From Mobula hypostoma (lineage: Eukaryota): a stretch of DNA of 64,000 nt. The notes beneath the pieces were generated by a model. That model was not told the DNA's origin. It ran no database searches and saw only the letters and a list, made by a program, of their open reading frames with translations. The DNA lies in NCBI RefSeq assembly GCF_963921235.1, contig NC_086098.1:2666001-2730000 (forward strand). The letters run 5' to 3'. A program made the position numbers and the translations under genes. Below are positions 49,885-62,090 of the stretch, in pieces; within the stretch, counting starts at the first letter, position 1; every line of letters begins with the position of its first letter.

Positions 49885-50240
49885 TCCTGGTTATGTGACC
49901 ACTGATGCCAGGCAGACAATATCTGAAGAATATTGATAAAGGCTGGGGTCACCCATTTTGTAAAGATATTGCCCAGTATTGAATTGAATTGACTTTATTT
50001 CTTACATCCTTCACATACACGTGGAGTAAAAATCTTTACATTACGACTTGATCTGGATGTGCAATGTGCAAATTATACACTGTAAAGTTGGTGCAGAGCT
50101 CGCAACACATCTGCCGTATGTGGCGCCATCTTGGAAGGCAAAAAAGGCACTGGCAGACCATTTCTGTAGAAGAATTTTCCAGGAATAATCATATGGAAAG
50201 ACCACGATTGCCTATGTCATAAGACACGGCACATAACAAC
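49885..50240 (+). mobile_element. RTE/BovB-tail-like SINE fragment interrupted by a ~160-bp insert (49978-50135)
   Basis: 3' ggcagaccatttctgtag...gaccacgattgcctatgtcataagacacggcacataac. Confidence 0.5.
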
Positions 50241-50300
50241 CGAATGAGACTCTGTTTATGAAGGTATGTAAAAGATGTGTAGGAACAGCCCATCTAGTCA

Positions 50301-50452
50301 AAGTCATAGTCATAGTCATACTTTATTGATCCCGAGGGAAATTGGTTTTCGTTACAGTTGCACCATAAATAATTAAATAGTAATAAAACCATAAATAGTT
50401 AAATAGTAATATGTAAATTATGCCAGGAAATAAGTCCAGGAGCAGCCTATGG
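50301..50452 (-). mobile_element. Rex1 (TATGAC)n family 3' UTR
   Basis: agtcatagtcatagtcatactttattgatcccg. Confidence 0.85.
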
Positions 50453-50459
50453 TCTATAT

Positions 50460-51010
50460 CTAGACCATAAAACCAGCAGATGCAGGAGCAGAACTGGACC
50501 ACTTGGCAAATCAGGTCTACTCCACCATTCCCTCATAGCTGATTTATTATCCCTCCAATCTCACTCTTCTGAATTCTTCCCCTAATCTTTAATGTCCTGA
50601 CTAATCAAGAACCTATCTACCTCCAGTTTAAATATGCTCAATAACTTGGCCTCCACAAGCTTCCATGGCAATGAATTCCACAGACTTTTCACCCTCTGGC
50701 TAAAGAAATTACTCCTCATATCTGTTCCAAATGGACATCCCTCTAATCTGGGTCTGTGCTTTCTGGTAACGCGTCTGATAGTGGAGAAGAAATATCCTCT
50801 CCACATCTACTCTATCAAGGCCTTTCAATATTGGATAGGTTTCAGTGAGATTCCCCCTCCTCATTCTTCTAAACTCCAGTGAATACAGGCCCAGAGCTAT
50901 CAAATGCTCCTCAATCCTTCTTCAGCCCAGGAATCATTCTCATAAACTTCCTCTGGCTCCTTCCAAAGCCAACCCATTTTTTTCTTAAATAAAGAGCCAA
51001 AAACTTTTTC
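50460..51010 (-). mobile_element. CR1 3' fragment
   Basis: LGLYSLEFRRMR; SNFFSQRVKSLWNSLP. Confidence 0.85.
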
Positions 51011-51399
51011 CAACAAGTCTTACTACAGGTCTGAGCTTTAATTTACGTTTTGAAAATATCCAGTAAGTACATGCAGGAAATGCTGGTTCACGCATAGCAG
51101 GTAAGGTTCATTAGCACAAAAGTAGCAGCCACTCTAAAATAATTATGTAATTGGCACAGTGTGTGGGATGCACATTTCGACAGACTGAAAACAATTGGGG
51201 TCTGTAACTACCCGACAAGTATCCAGGTGCAAGCCCCCATCTCTTATCTGAAGAGAATATCTGAGTCATGGCTGCTACTATCGGACACATTACCAGCTGC
51301 AAACTAATCATAAAACAGAGTAACTTTAGTAAAAATTGTATGTATGTTTCACTCCACTGTAGAAATTGTCTGTTGTATTACTTATAGTTTGGCAGATAA

Positions 51400-52352
51400 A
51401 CAATCCTGAAAGTTATAACAAAAAAGGGTTTGAAAAACTCCATCATAGACAATCCTGAGCCCAGTTGTGAAAGGAAATAAATTGGGTTTGGGGCTCGCAA
51501 CCATATCCCATAACTCAAGAGCTACCTAACTGTAGATAAATTCAGTTGCAAAGAAAGCTTTTGGCGCATTGACCTTCATAAACCAAAGTATTGAGTACAG
51601 GACATAGGATGTTATGTTGAAGTTGTATAAGACATTGGTGAGGCCTAATTTGAAGTATTGTGTGCAGGTCTGGTCACCAAGTTTGAAAAGTACAGAGAAA
51701 GTTTACAAGGATGTTGCAGCTCTGGAGAACCAGACTTATAAGGAAAAATTGAATAGCTCATGACTTTATTCCTTAGAATGTAGAAGATAGAGAGGAAATT
51801 TGATAGACATATACGAAATCTTGAGGTATATAGACAGAGTAAATGCAAGCAGGTTTTTTCCACTGGGGTCTGGTGGGACTACAAGCAGAGGTCAGGGGTT
51901 AGGGGTGAAATGTGAAAGTTTAAAGGGAATATGCAGGGAAACTTCTTCACTCAGAGCATCAAGAGTATGTGGATTGAGCTGCCAGCACAAGTGGAGTGGT
52001 GTATGCAAGCTTGATTTCAACACCCAAGGGAAGTTTGGATAGATACATGGATGGTAGGGCTATGGTCCTGGTGCAGGTTGTTGGGAGTAGGCAGTTTAAA
52101 TGTTTTTGGCATGGACTAGATGGGCTGAAGGGCCCGTTTCTGTACTGTACTTCTCTAAGACTCTCTGACTCTATAGAACTGCCAACAGGAGCTCCTAAGA
52201 ACTCATCCATGGGAGAGGAAGGATCTTCAAAGATGGGTTACGCCTGGGGACAACTTGAAAGACTAACCCAAATTAGAAGATTCTGGTGGGATGCTGTCAG
52301 CAGCCTGTGCCCCAATAGGGGTGATGGGCTCGGGAAGAAGAAGAAGAAGGGT
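51400..52352 (+). mobile_element. Bipartite RTE-derived element interrupted by CR1 (51530-52174)
   Basis: RTE-like 5' tgggtttggggctcgcaaccatatcccat; 3' WGQLERLTQ.R.FW.DAVSSLCP; (AAG)n tail. Confidence 0.6.
51530..52174 (+). mobile_element. CR1 3' fragment
   Basis: IDIYEILRYIDRVNASRFFP; tail ctctaagactctctgactct. Confidence 0.85.
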
Positions 52353-52502
52353 TTGAAAGAAAGGTGGATATGTGATTTTGATGTATTGATATTCGAAATT
52401 AAATTGGAATTGGTTTATTATTCTCAGATGTACCAAGGCATAGAGAAAATTCTGTCTTACATACCGTTCATACAGATCAAATAATAATTCACCAAATATT
52501 CC

Positions 52503-53457
52503 TGATGAATAATGTGGTAAATTGGATCAGCAACTTTGCTGATGACACTAAGATTGGAGGCATTGTGGACAGCAAGGAAGGCTTTCAAAGCTTGCAGAGG
52601 GATTTGGACCAACTGGAAAAAAAGGCCAGAAAATGGCAGATGGAATTTAATGCAGACAAGTGTGAGGTGTTGCATTTTGGAAGGACAAATCAAGGTAGGA
52701 CATACACAGTAAATGATAGGGAACTGAGGAGTGCGGAGGAACAAAGGGATCTGGGAATTCAGATATATAATTCCCGGAAAGTGGCGTCACAGGTAGACAG
52801 GGTTGTAAAGAAGGCTTTTGGCATCCTGGCATTCATAAATCAAAGTATTGAGTATAGGAGTTGGGATGTTATGAGGAGGTTGTATAAGACATTGGTGAGG
52901 CCAAATTTGGAGTATTGTGTGCAGTTCTGGTCACCTAACTATAGGAAGGATATCAGTAAGATTGAAAGAGTGCAGAGACGATTTACTAGGATGTTGCTGG
53001 GTCTTCAGGAGTTGAGTTACAGGGAAAGATTGAACAGGTTAGAACTTTATTCCTTGGAGTGTAGAAGAATGAGGGGGGATTTGATAGAGGTTTACAAAAT
53101 TATGAGGGGCATAGACAGAGTAAATGCGAGTAGGCTCTTTCCACAGATTAGGAGAGATAAATATGAGAGGACATGGCTTTAGAGTGAAAGGGGAAAGGTT
53201 TAGGGGTAACATTAGAGGGGACTTCTTCACTCAGAGTGGTGGGAGTGTGGAACGAGCTGCCGTCTGATGTGGTAAGTGTAGGCTCACTCTTAAGTTTTAA
53301 GAATAAATTGGATAGATACATGGATGGGAGAGGTCTGGAGGGTTATGGACTGGGTGCAGGTCAATGGGACTAGCGGAGTAAAGTTTCGACACAGACTAGA
53401 AGGGCCAAATGGCCTGTTTTCTGTGCTGTAGTGTTCTGTGGTTCTGTGGTTCTATGG
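52503..53457 (+). mobile_element. CR1 LINE RT-3' end
   Basis: ORF 52505-53182 NFADDTKIGG...LEYCVQFWSP. Confidence 0.92.
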
Positions 53458-53549
53458 AAATAATACCATCTGTATTACAGTGTTTTGATAAAGCCGCCAT
53501 TGGATGGGAAACCCTTGTCACCATGGACATAATGTAGATCAATGAGATT

Positions 53550-55330
53550 AACACACACAAAATGCTGAAGGAACTCAACGGGTCAGGCAGCATCTATGGA
53601 AAGGAATAAAGGGTTGACATATCAGGCCAAGCCTTTCATCAGTATCAACTTCTTATTCTAGCTTCTGCCCCCTTCCTTTCCAGTCCTGATGAAAGGACTC
53701 AAATTGAAACATCAACTCTTTATTCCTCTCCAGTTCCCTCGGACCTTGAAGGAGACTAGTGTTGAAATTGCGGGGGCCCTGGCAGAAATATTTAAAATGT
53801 CGCTGTCTACGGGTGAAGTGCCGGAGGATTGGAAAGTGGCTCATGTTGTTCCGTTATTTAAAAAAGGATCGAAAAGTAATCCGGGAAATTATAGGCCGGT
53901 GAGTTTAACGTCAGTAGTAGGTAAGTTATTGGAGGGAGTACTAAGAGACAGAATCTACAAGCATTTGGATAGACAGAGACTTATTAGGGAGAGTCAACAT
54001 GGGTTTGTGCGTGGTAGGTCATGTTTGACCAATCTATTGAAGTTTTTCGAGGAGGTTACCAGGAAAGTGGATGAAGGGAAGGCAGTGGATATTGTCTACA
54101 TGGACTTCAGTAAGGCCTTTGACAAGGTCCCGCATGGGAGGTTAGTTAAGAAAATTCAGTCGCTAGGTATACATGGAGAGGTGGTAAATTGGATTAGACA
54201 TTGGCTCGATGGAAGAAGCCAGACAGTGGTGGTAGAGAATTGCTTCTCTGAGTGGAGGCCTGTGACTAGTGGTGTGCCACAGGGATCAGTGCTGGGTCCA
54301 TTGCTATTTGTCATCTATATCAATGATCTGGATGATAATGTGGCAAATTGGATCAGCAAGTTTGCTGATGATACAAAGATTGGAGGTGTAGTAGATAGTG
54401 AGGAAGGTTTTCAGAGCCTGCAGAGGGACTTGGACCAGCTGGAAAAATGGGCTGAAAAATGGCAGATGGAGTTTAATACTGACAAGTGTGAGGTATTGCA
54501 CGTTGGAAGGACAAACCAAGGTAGAACATACAGGGTTAATGGTAAGGCACTGAGGAGTGCAGTGGAACAGAGGGATCTGGGAATACAGATACAGAATTCC
54601 CTAAAAGTGTCGTCACAGGTAGATAAGGTCGTAAAGAGAGCTTTTGGTACATTGGCCTTTATTAATCAAAGTATGGAGTATAAGAGCTGGAATGTTATGA
54701 TGAGGTTGTATAAGGCATTGGTGAGGTTGAATCTGGAGTATTGTGTTCAGTTTTGGTCACCAAATTACAGGAAGGATATAAATAAGGTTGAAAGAGTGCA
54801 GAGAAGGTTTACAAGGATGTTGCCGGGACTTGAGAAACTCAGTTACAGAGAAAGGTTGAATAGGTTAGGACTTTATTCCCTGGAGCATAGAAGAATGAGG
54901 GGAGATTTGATAGAGGTATATAAAATTATGATGGGTATAGATAGAGTGAATACAAGCAGGCTTTTTCCACTGAGGCAAGGGGAGAAAAAAACCAGGGGAC
55001 ATGGGTTAAGGGTGAGGGGGGAAAGTTTAAAGGGAACATTGGGGGGGCTTCTTCACACAGAGAGTGGTGGGAGTATGGAATGAGCTGCCAGACGAGGTGG
55101 TAAATGCGGGTTCTTTTGTAACATTTAAGAATAAATTGGACAGATACATGGATGGGAGGTTTATGGAGGGATATGGTCCGTGTGCAGGTCAGTGGGACTA
55201 GGCAGAAAATGGTTCGGCACAGCCAAGAAGGGCCAAAAGGCCTGTTTCTGTGCTGTAGTTTCTATGGTTTCTATGGCTGCCTGATCTGCTGAGCTCCTCC
55301 AGCATTTTGTGTGCATTGCTCTGGATTTCC
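53550..55330. mobile_element. Penelope inverted terminal modules (53550-53643 minus; 53650-53730 and 55276-55330 plus) split by CR1
   Basis: Two hammerhead-like motifs, 53611-53643 (-) and 53681-53717 (+); module resumes ctgcctgatctgctgagctcctccagc after the CR1 tail. Confidence 0.7.
53733..55275 (+). mobile_element. CR1 LINE, 5'-truncated, complete open RT domain
   Basis: 464-aa ORF with NYRPVSLTS, QHGF, MDFSKAFDKV, GVPQGSVLGP, FADD; frameshift near the C-terminus; tail tttctatgg. Confidence 0.95.
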
Positions 55331-55483
55331 AGCATCTGTAGAATCTCTTGTATTGATAATATTAGTATGTGATTAGCAGAGTGCTCTCCATATCATACTG
55401 CCTGGTTTGTGTATCGTATAGACAATAGGGACATAACATCCATGGTCACCCCAACCAATGGATGGGCCTCAAGAATAGGGTGT

Positions 55484-55738
55484 CATGGAAATGATGGGCC
55501 AAAGAGCCCATAGAATGGAGATCATGGAAACGATGGACCAAATTGGCCATACAGTGGGGAGTATGGACATGGTGGGCCGAAGAGCCCATACAATGGGGAT
55601 CATGGAAACGATGGGCCGAAGTGGCCATAGAGTGGGGAGTATGGACATGATTGGCCGAACAGCCCATACAATGGGGATCATGGACATGATGGGCTGAAAG
55701 GTCTATTTCTATGTTGTGCAGCTCCATGACTTTGTGAC
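55484..55738. repeat. 39-bp minisatellite (78-bp higher-order) running into a CR1 3' end
   Basis: Units catggaaacgatgggccgaag.gcccatacaatggggat alternating with tatggacatg... variants. Confidence 0.85.
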
Positions 55739-55796
55739 TGATGATGATGATGATGACGATGATGATGACGACGACGACGACGATGATGATGATGAC
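55739..55796. repeat. (GAT)n/(GAC)n microsatellite
   Basis: Direct observation; explains the poly-Asp ORF. Confidence 0.95.
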
Positions 55797-56399
55797 CATG
55801 CAAATTACATACAAGGGCTTTCTATACAGCTGCACTCAATGACATTTGCTGTTCAGGGAGCCCTGGTTTCCAAGAGAAGCACCACCCTTGTTGAATCAAA
55901 TGTCAGCACAGAGTGTAACAAAATCATTTAATCATTTACCCTTGTACCCAAAGTAATGGTCTCTCATTCTCTCCATTCTATTCTGCAGGTAGATGCAGTT
56001 GATGTTGGTTATGTCTACTGCAGCTGCTTTGAGTGAGCTGCAGGCATAACATTTCACTATGGATGCTTTAAGCCTCGCTTTATGTAGACAAATCATTTAG
56101 CAGGACTTTCCATATTAAATCCTTGGTAAGAGCTCTTGTTTCTGAATCAGAATCTGAATCAGGTTTATTATCACCGACATAGGTCGTGAAATTTCCATGC
56201 TAATGCAGTATATTATAATATTACATTGAATTTTTAAAAATTCCTTTAGGCTTCTAAGGCTTTAAGTTGGAACTCAACTCTGGAATTAAGGTACAGGTTA
56301 GAGAACATGTGGCAGAAGTTATTTTTTGTTTGTACATTCAGTACTTGCTCTAATTCGACAGCATAAGAAACTGTCAGCAACAAGACAGGTGAATTTTGA

Positions 56400-56512
56400 A
56401 GACACAAGAGGGACTGCAGATGCTGGTAACTAATGCACACACGAGGAACTCAACAGGTCGAGCAGCAGCAGTGGAGGGAACTTTTGGGCCAAGATCCTTC
56501 ATCAGAACTGAT
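56400..56512 (-). mobile_element. Penelope terminal module, decayed
   Basis: ctgcagatgctgg...gaggaactca...gggccaagatccttcatcagaactg. Confidence 0.6.
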
Positions 56513-56685
56513 CAAACGCTCCTCATACATCAGTCCTCTCCTTCCAGGGATCAATCTTGTCAACCTCCTTTGGACCCTCTCCAATACCAGCACATCTTTT
56601 CTTAGCTAAGGGGCCCAAAACTGCTCTAGGATTCCCAACTCCTGAGAACTGGACCTCTTGCCAGTTAGGCACCTTCCACTTCCAC

Positions 56686-56736
56686 CAACGAAAACCAATT
56701 TCCCCCGGGATTAATAAAGTATGACTATGACTATGA
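56686..56736 (+). mobile_element. Rex1 (TATGAC)n extreme 3' end
   Basis: aacgaaaaccaatttcccccgggattaataaagtatgactatgact. Confidence 0.8.
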
Positions 56737-56919
56737 CTTGGCCCCTGTTGCAGAGTTTCCTGAGAGGAGGGAGATTAATTGCAGACGTCCATTTTATCTC
56801 TGATGTTTCAGTCACTTCAAGGAGATGCATGCAGAGTTGATGTTTCTTCAGCACAATGAAGTACAGTGCTGGTGGGGGAGGGTGTGCGGTTAATCATTTC
56901 ATTAGAGATACAGAACCGT

Positions 56920-57209
56920 ACAGAAGTCTGAGGCACCCTAGTCTGCAGAAGAACTGTGGCAAGTTCTCAAAGATGCTTGGAACAACTTACCAGCTGATTT
57001 TCTCCACAACATGGCACCAAAGAGAATTGATGCAGTTTTAAATGCAAAGGGTGGTCACACCAAATATTGATTTGATTTAGTTTTTTTTACTGTTTATTGC
57101 CCTTTATAATAATTTTTTGGTATTTAGAAACTGTTCATTTATTTATTTTTGAAAGCATCTTCACTTTACAGATTTTTTTATATATGCCCATGTCTTTTGC
57201 ACAGTACAA
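56920..57209 (+). mobile_element. Tc1 family A 3' remnant
   Basis: ELWQVLKDAWNNL...AVLNAKGGHTKY*; TIR cttttgcacagtac. Confidence 0.8.
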
Positions 57210-57680
57210 TATTTGTAGAGGTATAGTACAGTTATAGGCTCTTGCAGCCCACCAAGAAACCCACCTATTGAACCCTCGCCTAATCGAGGGACAATTTGTA
57301 ATGACCACGTCACCTACGAAGCAGTTCACCTTTGCATTGCGGGAGGAAACCAGAGCACCTGGAACAATCCCACACATTCACAGGGAGGACATACTGACAG
57401 AGGTCACCAGAACTGAACTCTGAACTCCACCTCCTGAGCTGTAATAGTGTCAGGCTTTTATTTAGATATAGAGCATGATAATAGGCCCTTCCAGCCCAAT
57501 GAACCATGGCACCCAAACAACTAACCGACCTATCCGTACATCATCGGCACGAAACGGGGGCAGCCGGAGGAAACGCACACAGATACGGAGACAGCATGTA
57601 CACTTCTTACAGAGAGGGGTGGGAAATGAACCCAGGTCATTGTAACAGTGTTATGCTAACTGCTACATTACCATGCCTTC
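57210..57680 (-). mobile_element. Two V-SINEs
   Basis: Reverse V-domains at about 57340 and 57560. Confidence 0.6.
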
Positions 57681-58149
57681 TTCCCTTTCTTCATGAGAAA
57701 GATCATCTGCATGATGGTAAATTTAGAGCCCATTTCCTGTTGCTGGAAAATGCTAAGGGTCTGCCAATGTTTGTAAGAGATGTACTAGAAATATCTTAAT
57801 AACCTTTACAGATTTTGATGAATAAACCTCGAACTTACAAACTCCATACCGACAACAGTGTGAAATGAACCCGGGTCTCTGGTGCTGTAAGAACATTATG
57901 CTCACCACAACGATATCACCCCCTAGTACAGAGAGGGTGTTGAAAATGGTGAAGAGGAGGCGGGGAATTGTGGGGGGAGCTGCCTGTCCACTCTGTTGTT
58001 TCCACTACAGAAAAACATGCATACAGACATCAAATTAACAGCTTGAGGTCTTTCTATGTTCTTCGTGGTGGTTCATGTGTGCAGTGGTTTCAGCTGCAAG
58101 CATTTTCTGTACCTCGTTTAATGGTATAAAAAAGTTAAAATCCCATCAC

Positions 58150-58500
58150 AGATGAGACACACATTAAAATATGAGGTCACACGTCGTGGGCATGGACCCA
58201 AACAGATCTCCAACAGTGCCTAATCCTCATTAAAGAAGAGCTGGCTGCTTCAAAGAGGCTGCACTTGCATCAAGGGATCAAGCCGATGCTGAAATCAGCA
58301 GCCTGGTCTGTGCCTGCTGCCAACAGCACACTGTAATTTATCCACAGCAGCGGGGGCAGAGGTCAATGGCTTTATATTAATGGTGATCACAATGGCTGGA
58401 AACCGCGGCGTGAGCTCACAAGTAACATCGTACGTGGCAGCAAGCCGCACTCTGTGGAAGGAAATGAGTTCTGCATGAATTTCTCTGTGTCTTGTCCATG
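58150..58500. promoter_or_regulatory. Candidate conserved non-coding enhancer-like island
   Basis: Non-repetitive, about 10 retained CpGs, clustered AGGTCA, CAAT and TAAT motifs. Confidence 0.3.
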
Positions 58501-58705
58501 AAATCAGTTGCAAGTGTATGTGCAAGGGGAAAACAAAGGAAAAAAAAAATACAACTTCAGAATGAAACGTGAGGTGATCAACAGCTGGAGATTATCGGTT
58601 AGCATCAATTTCCTTTTGAAGGACAGGGGCGTTGGAGGAAACAGCAAGTCTTGAAATTTACCCTTCGGGATCAGGATCAGAGACTTGTCTATTATCACTG
58701 ACATA

Positions 58706-58905
58706 TGCTCAGAGGCCACCTTATTTGTTATCTTCTGCACCTAATAGAGTGGCCACTGTGTGCATGTTCAGGATCTTCCTCTGCTGCAGTAGTCCATCCA
58801 CTTCAAGGTTCGACATGATGGGCATTCAGAGAGTCTGTCCTGCCCACCACTGTCGTAATCTGTGGATATTTGAATTCCTGTCAGCTTGAACCAGTCTGGC
58901 CATTC
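58706..58905 (-). mobile_element. Tc1 family B fragment with mini TIR-TIR end (58706-58762)
   Basis: ctcagaggccaccttatt...aatagagtggccactg; ccatccacttcaaggtt. Confidence 0.7.
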
Positions 58906-59135
58906 CCCCACCCATCCATCTTCCCCCTCATCTGGCTTACCTATCACCTGTCAATTTGTGTTCCTTTCCCTCCCCACACCTTCTTATTCCGGCTTCAACC
59001 CTCTTGCTTCCCAGTCCTGATGAAGTTGGCTCTATATACATTTCCATAGATGCTGCCTGACCTGGTGAGTTCCTCCAGCATTTTGTGTGTGTTACTCTGG
59101 ATTTCCAGCATCCTCAGAACCTCTTGTGTTTATCA
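58905..59135 (+). mobile_element. Penelope 3' fragment
   Basis: cccagtcctgatgaag...ccatagatgctgcctgacc. Confidence 0.7.
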
Positions 59136-59294
59136 CACTGTCCTCTTCTGCACACTTGGCATCAAGTTCTGCCCTGAATGCCCATATTTGCATCAAATGC
59201 TCTCAGCGGTGGGGAGTCCCATCCATAACTGCAAATGAAGAAATATTCCTGAAATCCCTGATGGTTTGAACTAAGACCTATGGAACTGCATCTG

Positions 59295-59600
59295 AGCCAT
59301 AAGATAATGAGATATAGGAGCAGAATTATGTCACTGGGCCCATTGAGTCTGCTCCGCCATTTCACCCATTTTCCCTCTGAGCCCCAGTCTCCTGCTTTCT
59401 CCGTGTATCCCTTCATGCCCTGACCAATCAAGAATATCAACCTCAATACTCAATCATCCAGCTTCCATATCCACCTGTGGCAACGAACTCCATAGATTCA
59501 CCATTCTGGCTAAAGAAAATCCTCTTCACTTCTGTTCTAAATGGACGTCCCATCATTCTGAGGCGCCCCCTCTGATTATACACTCCCCCACCATAAGAAA
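59295..59600 (-). mobile_element. CR1 3' fragment
   Basis: FLIGQGMKGY; ataggagcagaatt tail region. Confidence 0.75.
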
Positions 59601-59909
59601 CTGACATAGGTCACAAAAGTTGTTGTTTTGTACAATGCATGAAAAATACTATGTTAGAATAAGAATATATTATAAATAAATAAATAGATAAATAAATAGT
59701 ACTAAAGAGCAGAAAACAGTGAGGTGTGTTGATGAGTGCATGGACCATTCACAAATATGATGGCAGAGGGGAAGAAGCTGTTCCAGAAGTGTTGACTGCA
59801 GGTCTTCAGGCTTCTGTACGCATCTCGGACTGGGTTGACCATTGACACAAACAATGGAGTTCTCTCATGTTTTGATGTTTCAGTGTACATGTGACGAATA
59901 AAGCTCAAT

Positions 59910-60075
59910 TATCCATCTATCGATATATCTATCCGCCCAATTACCTTACCTCCTACATATCTTTTGGTCTGTCTGTCTGTCTGTCTACCTACCTCACTGT
60001 CAATTTATCTATCTATTTATCTCTCAGTCTACCCACCCAACTACCTACCTAAAGGTCTGTCTGTCTGTCTATCCA
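59910..60075. repeat. Compound tetranucleotide microsatellites (TCTA/TCTG/CCTA)
   Basis: Direct observation. Confidence 0.85.
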
Positions 60076-60711
60076 TGATGGTAGTACAGAGAAGACGACA
60101 TGTCCTGCTGCCCTGTCATGTTGGAGAAGGTTTGACATTGCCATGACTGACTTCAACACATCCAAGGTAAAAAAGCGAAGAACTAATCTGGGCTCACATG
60201 TGATAAAGTGGAAATACCATGGCCAAGGAGAGGATTGGGCTTCATTGTGATATCCATCACAGTCAAACAACACATTGTTCATTCTTCAAACCTACTCATG
60301 TACAATGGATAGCTGGCTGAAATTCCATGGGTTCCCTCTGAGGACAACTCTGGGTAACACCTAGGAGGGTCACTATGTTTATGGATGAAGGGAATCAAAA
60401 CCGCAGAATAAAAGGCTCAGAACTCTTATAATGGAAGCTTTCAACTGATTCTTTAGTCTTTTCCTGGAATTATTCAACCATTTTGTACCATGTGCACAGT
60501 GGAGCAAACTGACAAGTACAGACAAGATGCACAGAATGGCCATTTCTTTCCAGTTTTGTTTCGGTGGAAGGAGCCATTCATTGAGCTAGAGGGAATGAGA
60601 GTGATAGACCAGTTTAGTTATTAGTCAAATAGTACTAAACCTCAGAGTCGGAGTGTTCTTCCCATCCTGATGAGACAGCACACTTACAGTAGCTAATAAT
60701 ATCACTCATAG

Positions 60712-61012
60712 TAGACCATGTATTGAAGGTGAGGGGGGTAATTGCAAAGGAGATGTGAGGGGCAAGTTTTCTACACAGAGAGTGTCGGGTGCCTGGAATG
60801 TACTGTCTGGGGTGGTGGTAGAGGCAGATACTCGACGGACCTTTAAGAGACATTTAGATAGCCACTTGAATGTGAGGAAAATGGAAGGATATGGACATGG
60901 TGTGCAGAAGAATTAGTTTATTTGGCCACTTGACAGCCAATTTAATTGGCTCAACACAATATTGTGGGTTGAAGGGCCTGTTCCTGTGCTGGTACTCCTC
61001 TATATTCTATGT
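60712..61012 (+). mobile_element. CR1 3' fragment
   Basis: ggggcaagttttctacacagagagtg...tail ctatattctatgtt. Confidence 0.8.
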
Positions 61013-61054
61013 TATATCATTGTTTAAACATTATGTTAAATAGTCTCATAATTT

Positions 61055-61345
61055 ACATTATTTGGAGATACAGTACGGAATAGGCCCACCCGACCCAACA
61101 AGCCTCACTGCCCAGCAGCCCTCCTATTTAATCCCAGCTTAGTCACGAGACAATTTACAGTGACCAATTAACCCAACAGCCAGTATGTCAATAGACTGTG
61201 GAAGGAAACTGGAGGACCAGGAGGAAACCTACACGTTTGAGCGGAAGAAGGTACAAACTCCTTACAGATGATGTTGGAATTTAGCTCTGAGCTCCAATGC
61301 CTCGAAATGTAATAATGTTGAGTTAACCGCGACGCTGTTGTGGCC
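61055..61345 (-). mobile_element. V-SINE
   Basis: Reverse V-domain gactgtggaaggaaactggag...aaactccttacaga. Confidence 0.7.
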
Positions 61346-61819
61346 CTCCAAAAGTATATACATATCACCAAATAAAAAGGAATAACTAACGGTGTATTAA
61401 AGGAAGGTGAAGTCTGTCAGCAAGTGTATCTCTGTTTACTGTCAGAATTAAATGCTGCTACTCAGCAGAATATAGTTTGGAGAACTTCCTTCCTGAACTA
61501 CTACAGAGCCAGATGCTTCAACTCCTAAACAATAATTACAATTCAGTATATCACCGCCTGTTAAATGTATAAAATATTCTTATGTTCACATCAGATTGTA
61601 ATTTATTTTCATTCAGATCTGTCCATGCATGAAGCAGGTGCCATAATAAATGGAGAAGTAACGAATGTATTGCAAAGTCTTTTCACCCTGAACTATCAAT
61701 GTCGTACATATAGCACAGATACGTTCCATTTCAGTTTCTCAGCAGCCTTGCATTCATGGAGTCAGAGTGTTCTACAGCACAGAAACAGGCCCTTCGGCCC
61801 ATCTAGTTCATGTTCTACT

Positions 61820-62090
61820 GTTTCCTATAGTGGGAGATTCTAGGACCAAAGGAGACTGAATACAGGGACATCCATTTAGAACAGAGATGAGGAGGAATTT
61901 CTTTAGCCAGTGGGTGGTGAATCTGTGGAATTCCTTGCCACTGACAGTAGAGTCATTTAAAACAAAGATTGATAGGTTCTTCATTAGCAAAAAGAGGTTA
62001 CAGGGAGAAGGTAGGAAAATAAATGATGGAATGGAGGAGCAGACTCGATGGGCTGAATGGCCTAATTCTATTCCTATGTCTTATGGTCCT
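61820..62090 (+). mobile_element. CR1 3' fragment
   Basis: MRRNFFSQWVVNLWNSLP. Confidence 0.8.

Noticed and set aside
55446..55931. His-rich and poly-Asp ORFs
   Set aside because: Translations of the 39-bp minisatellite and the GAT/GAC microsatellite.
60660..60700. cctgatgag as another hammerhead
   Set aside because: No downstream GAAA or stems; the partner arm of the inverted repeat does not keep the motif.
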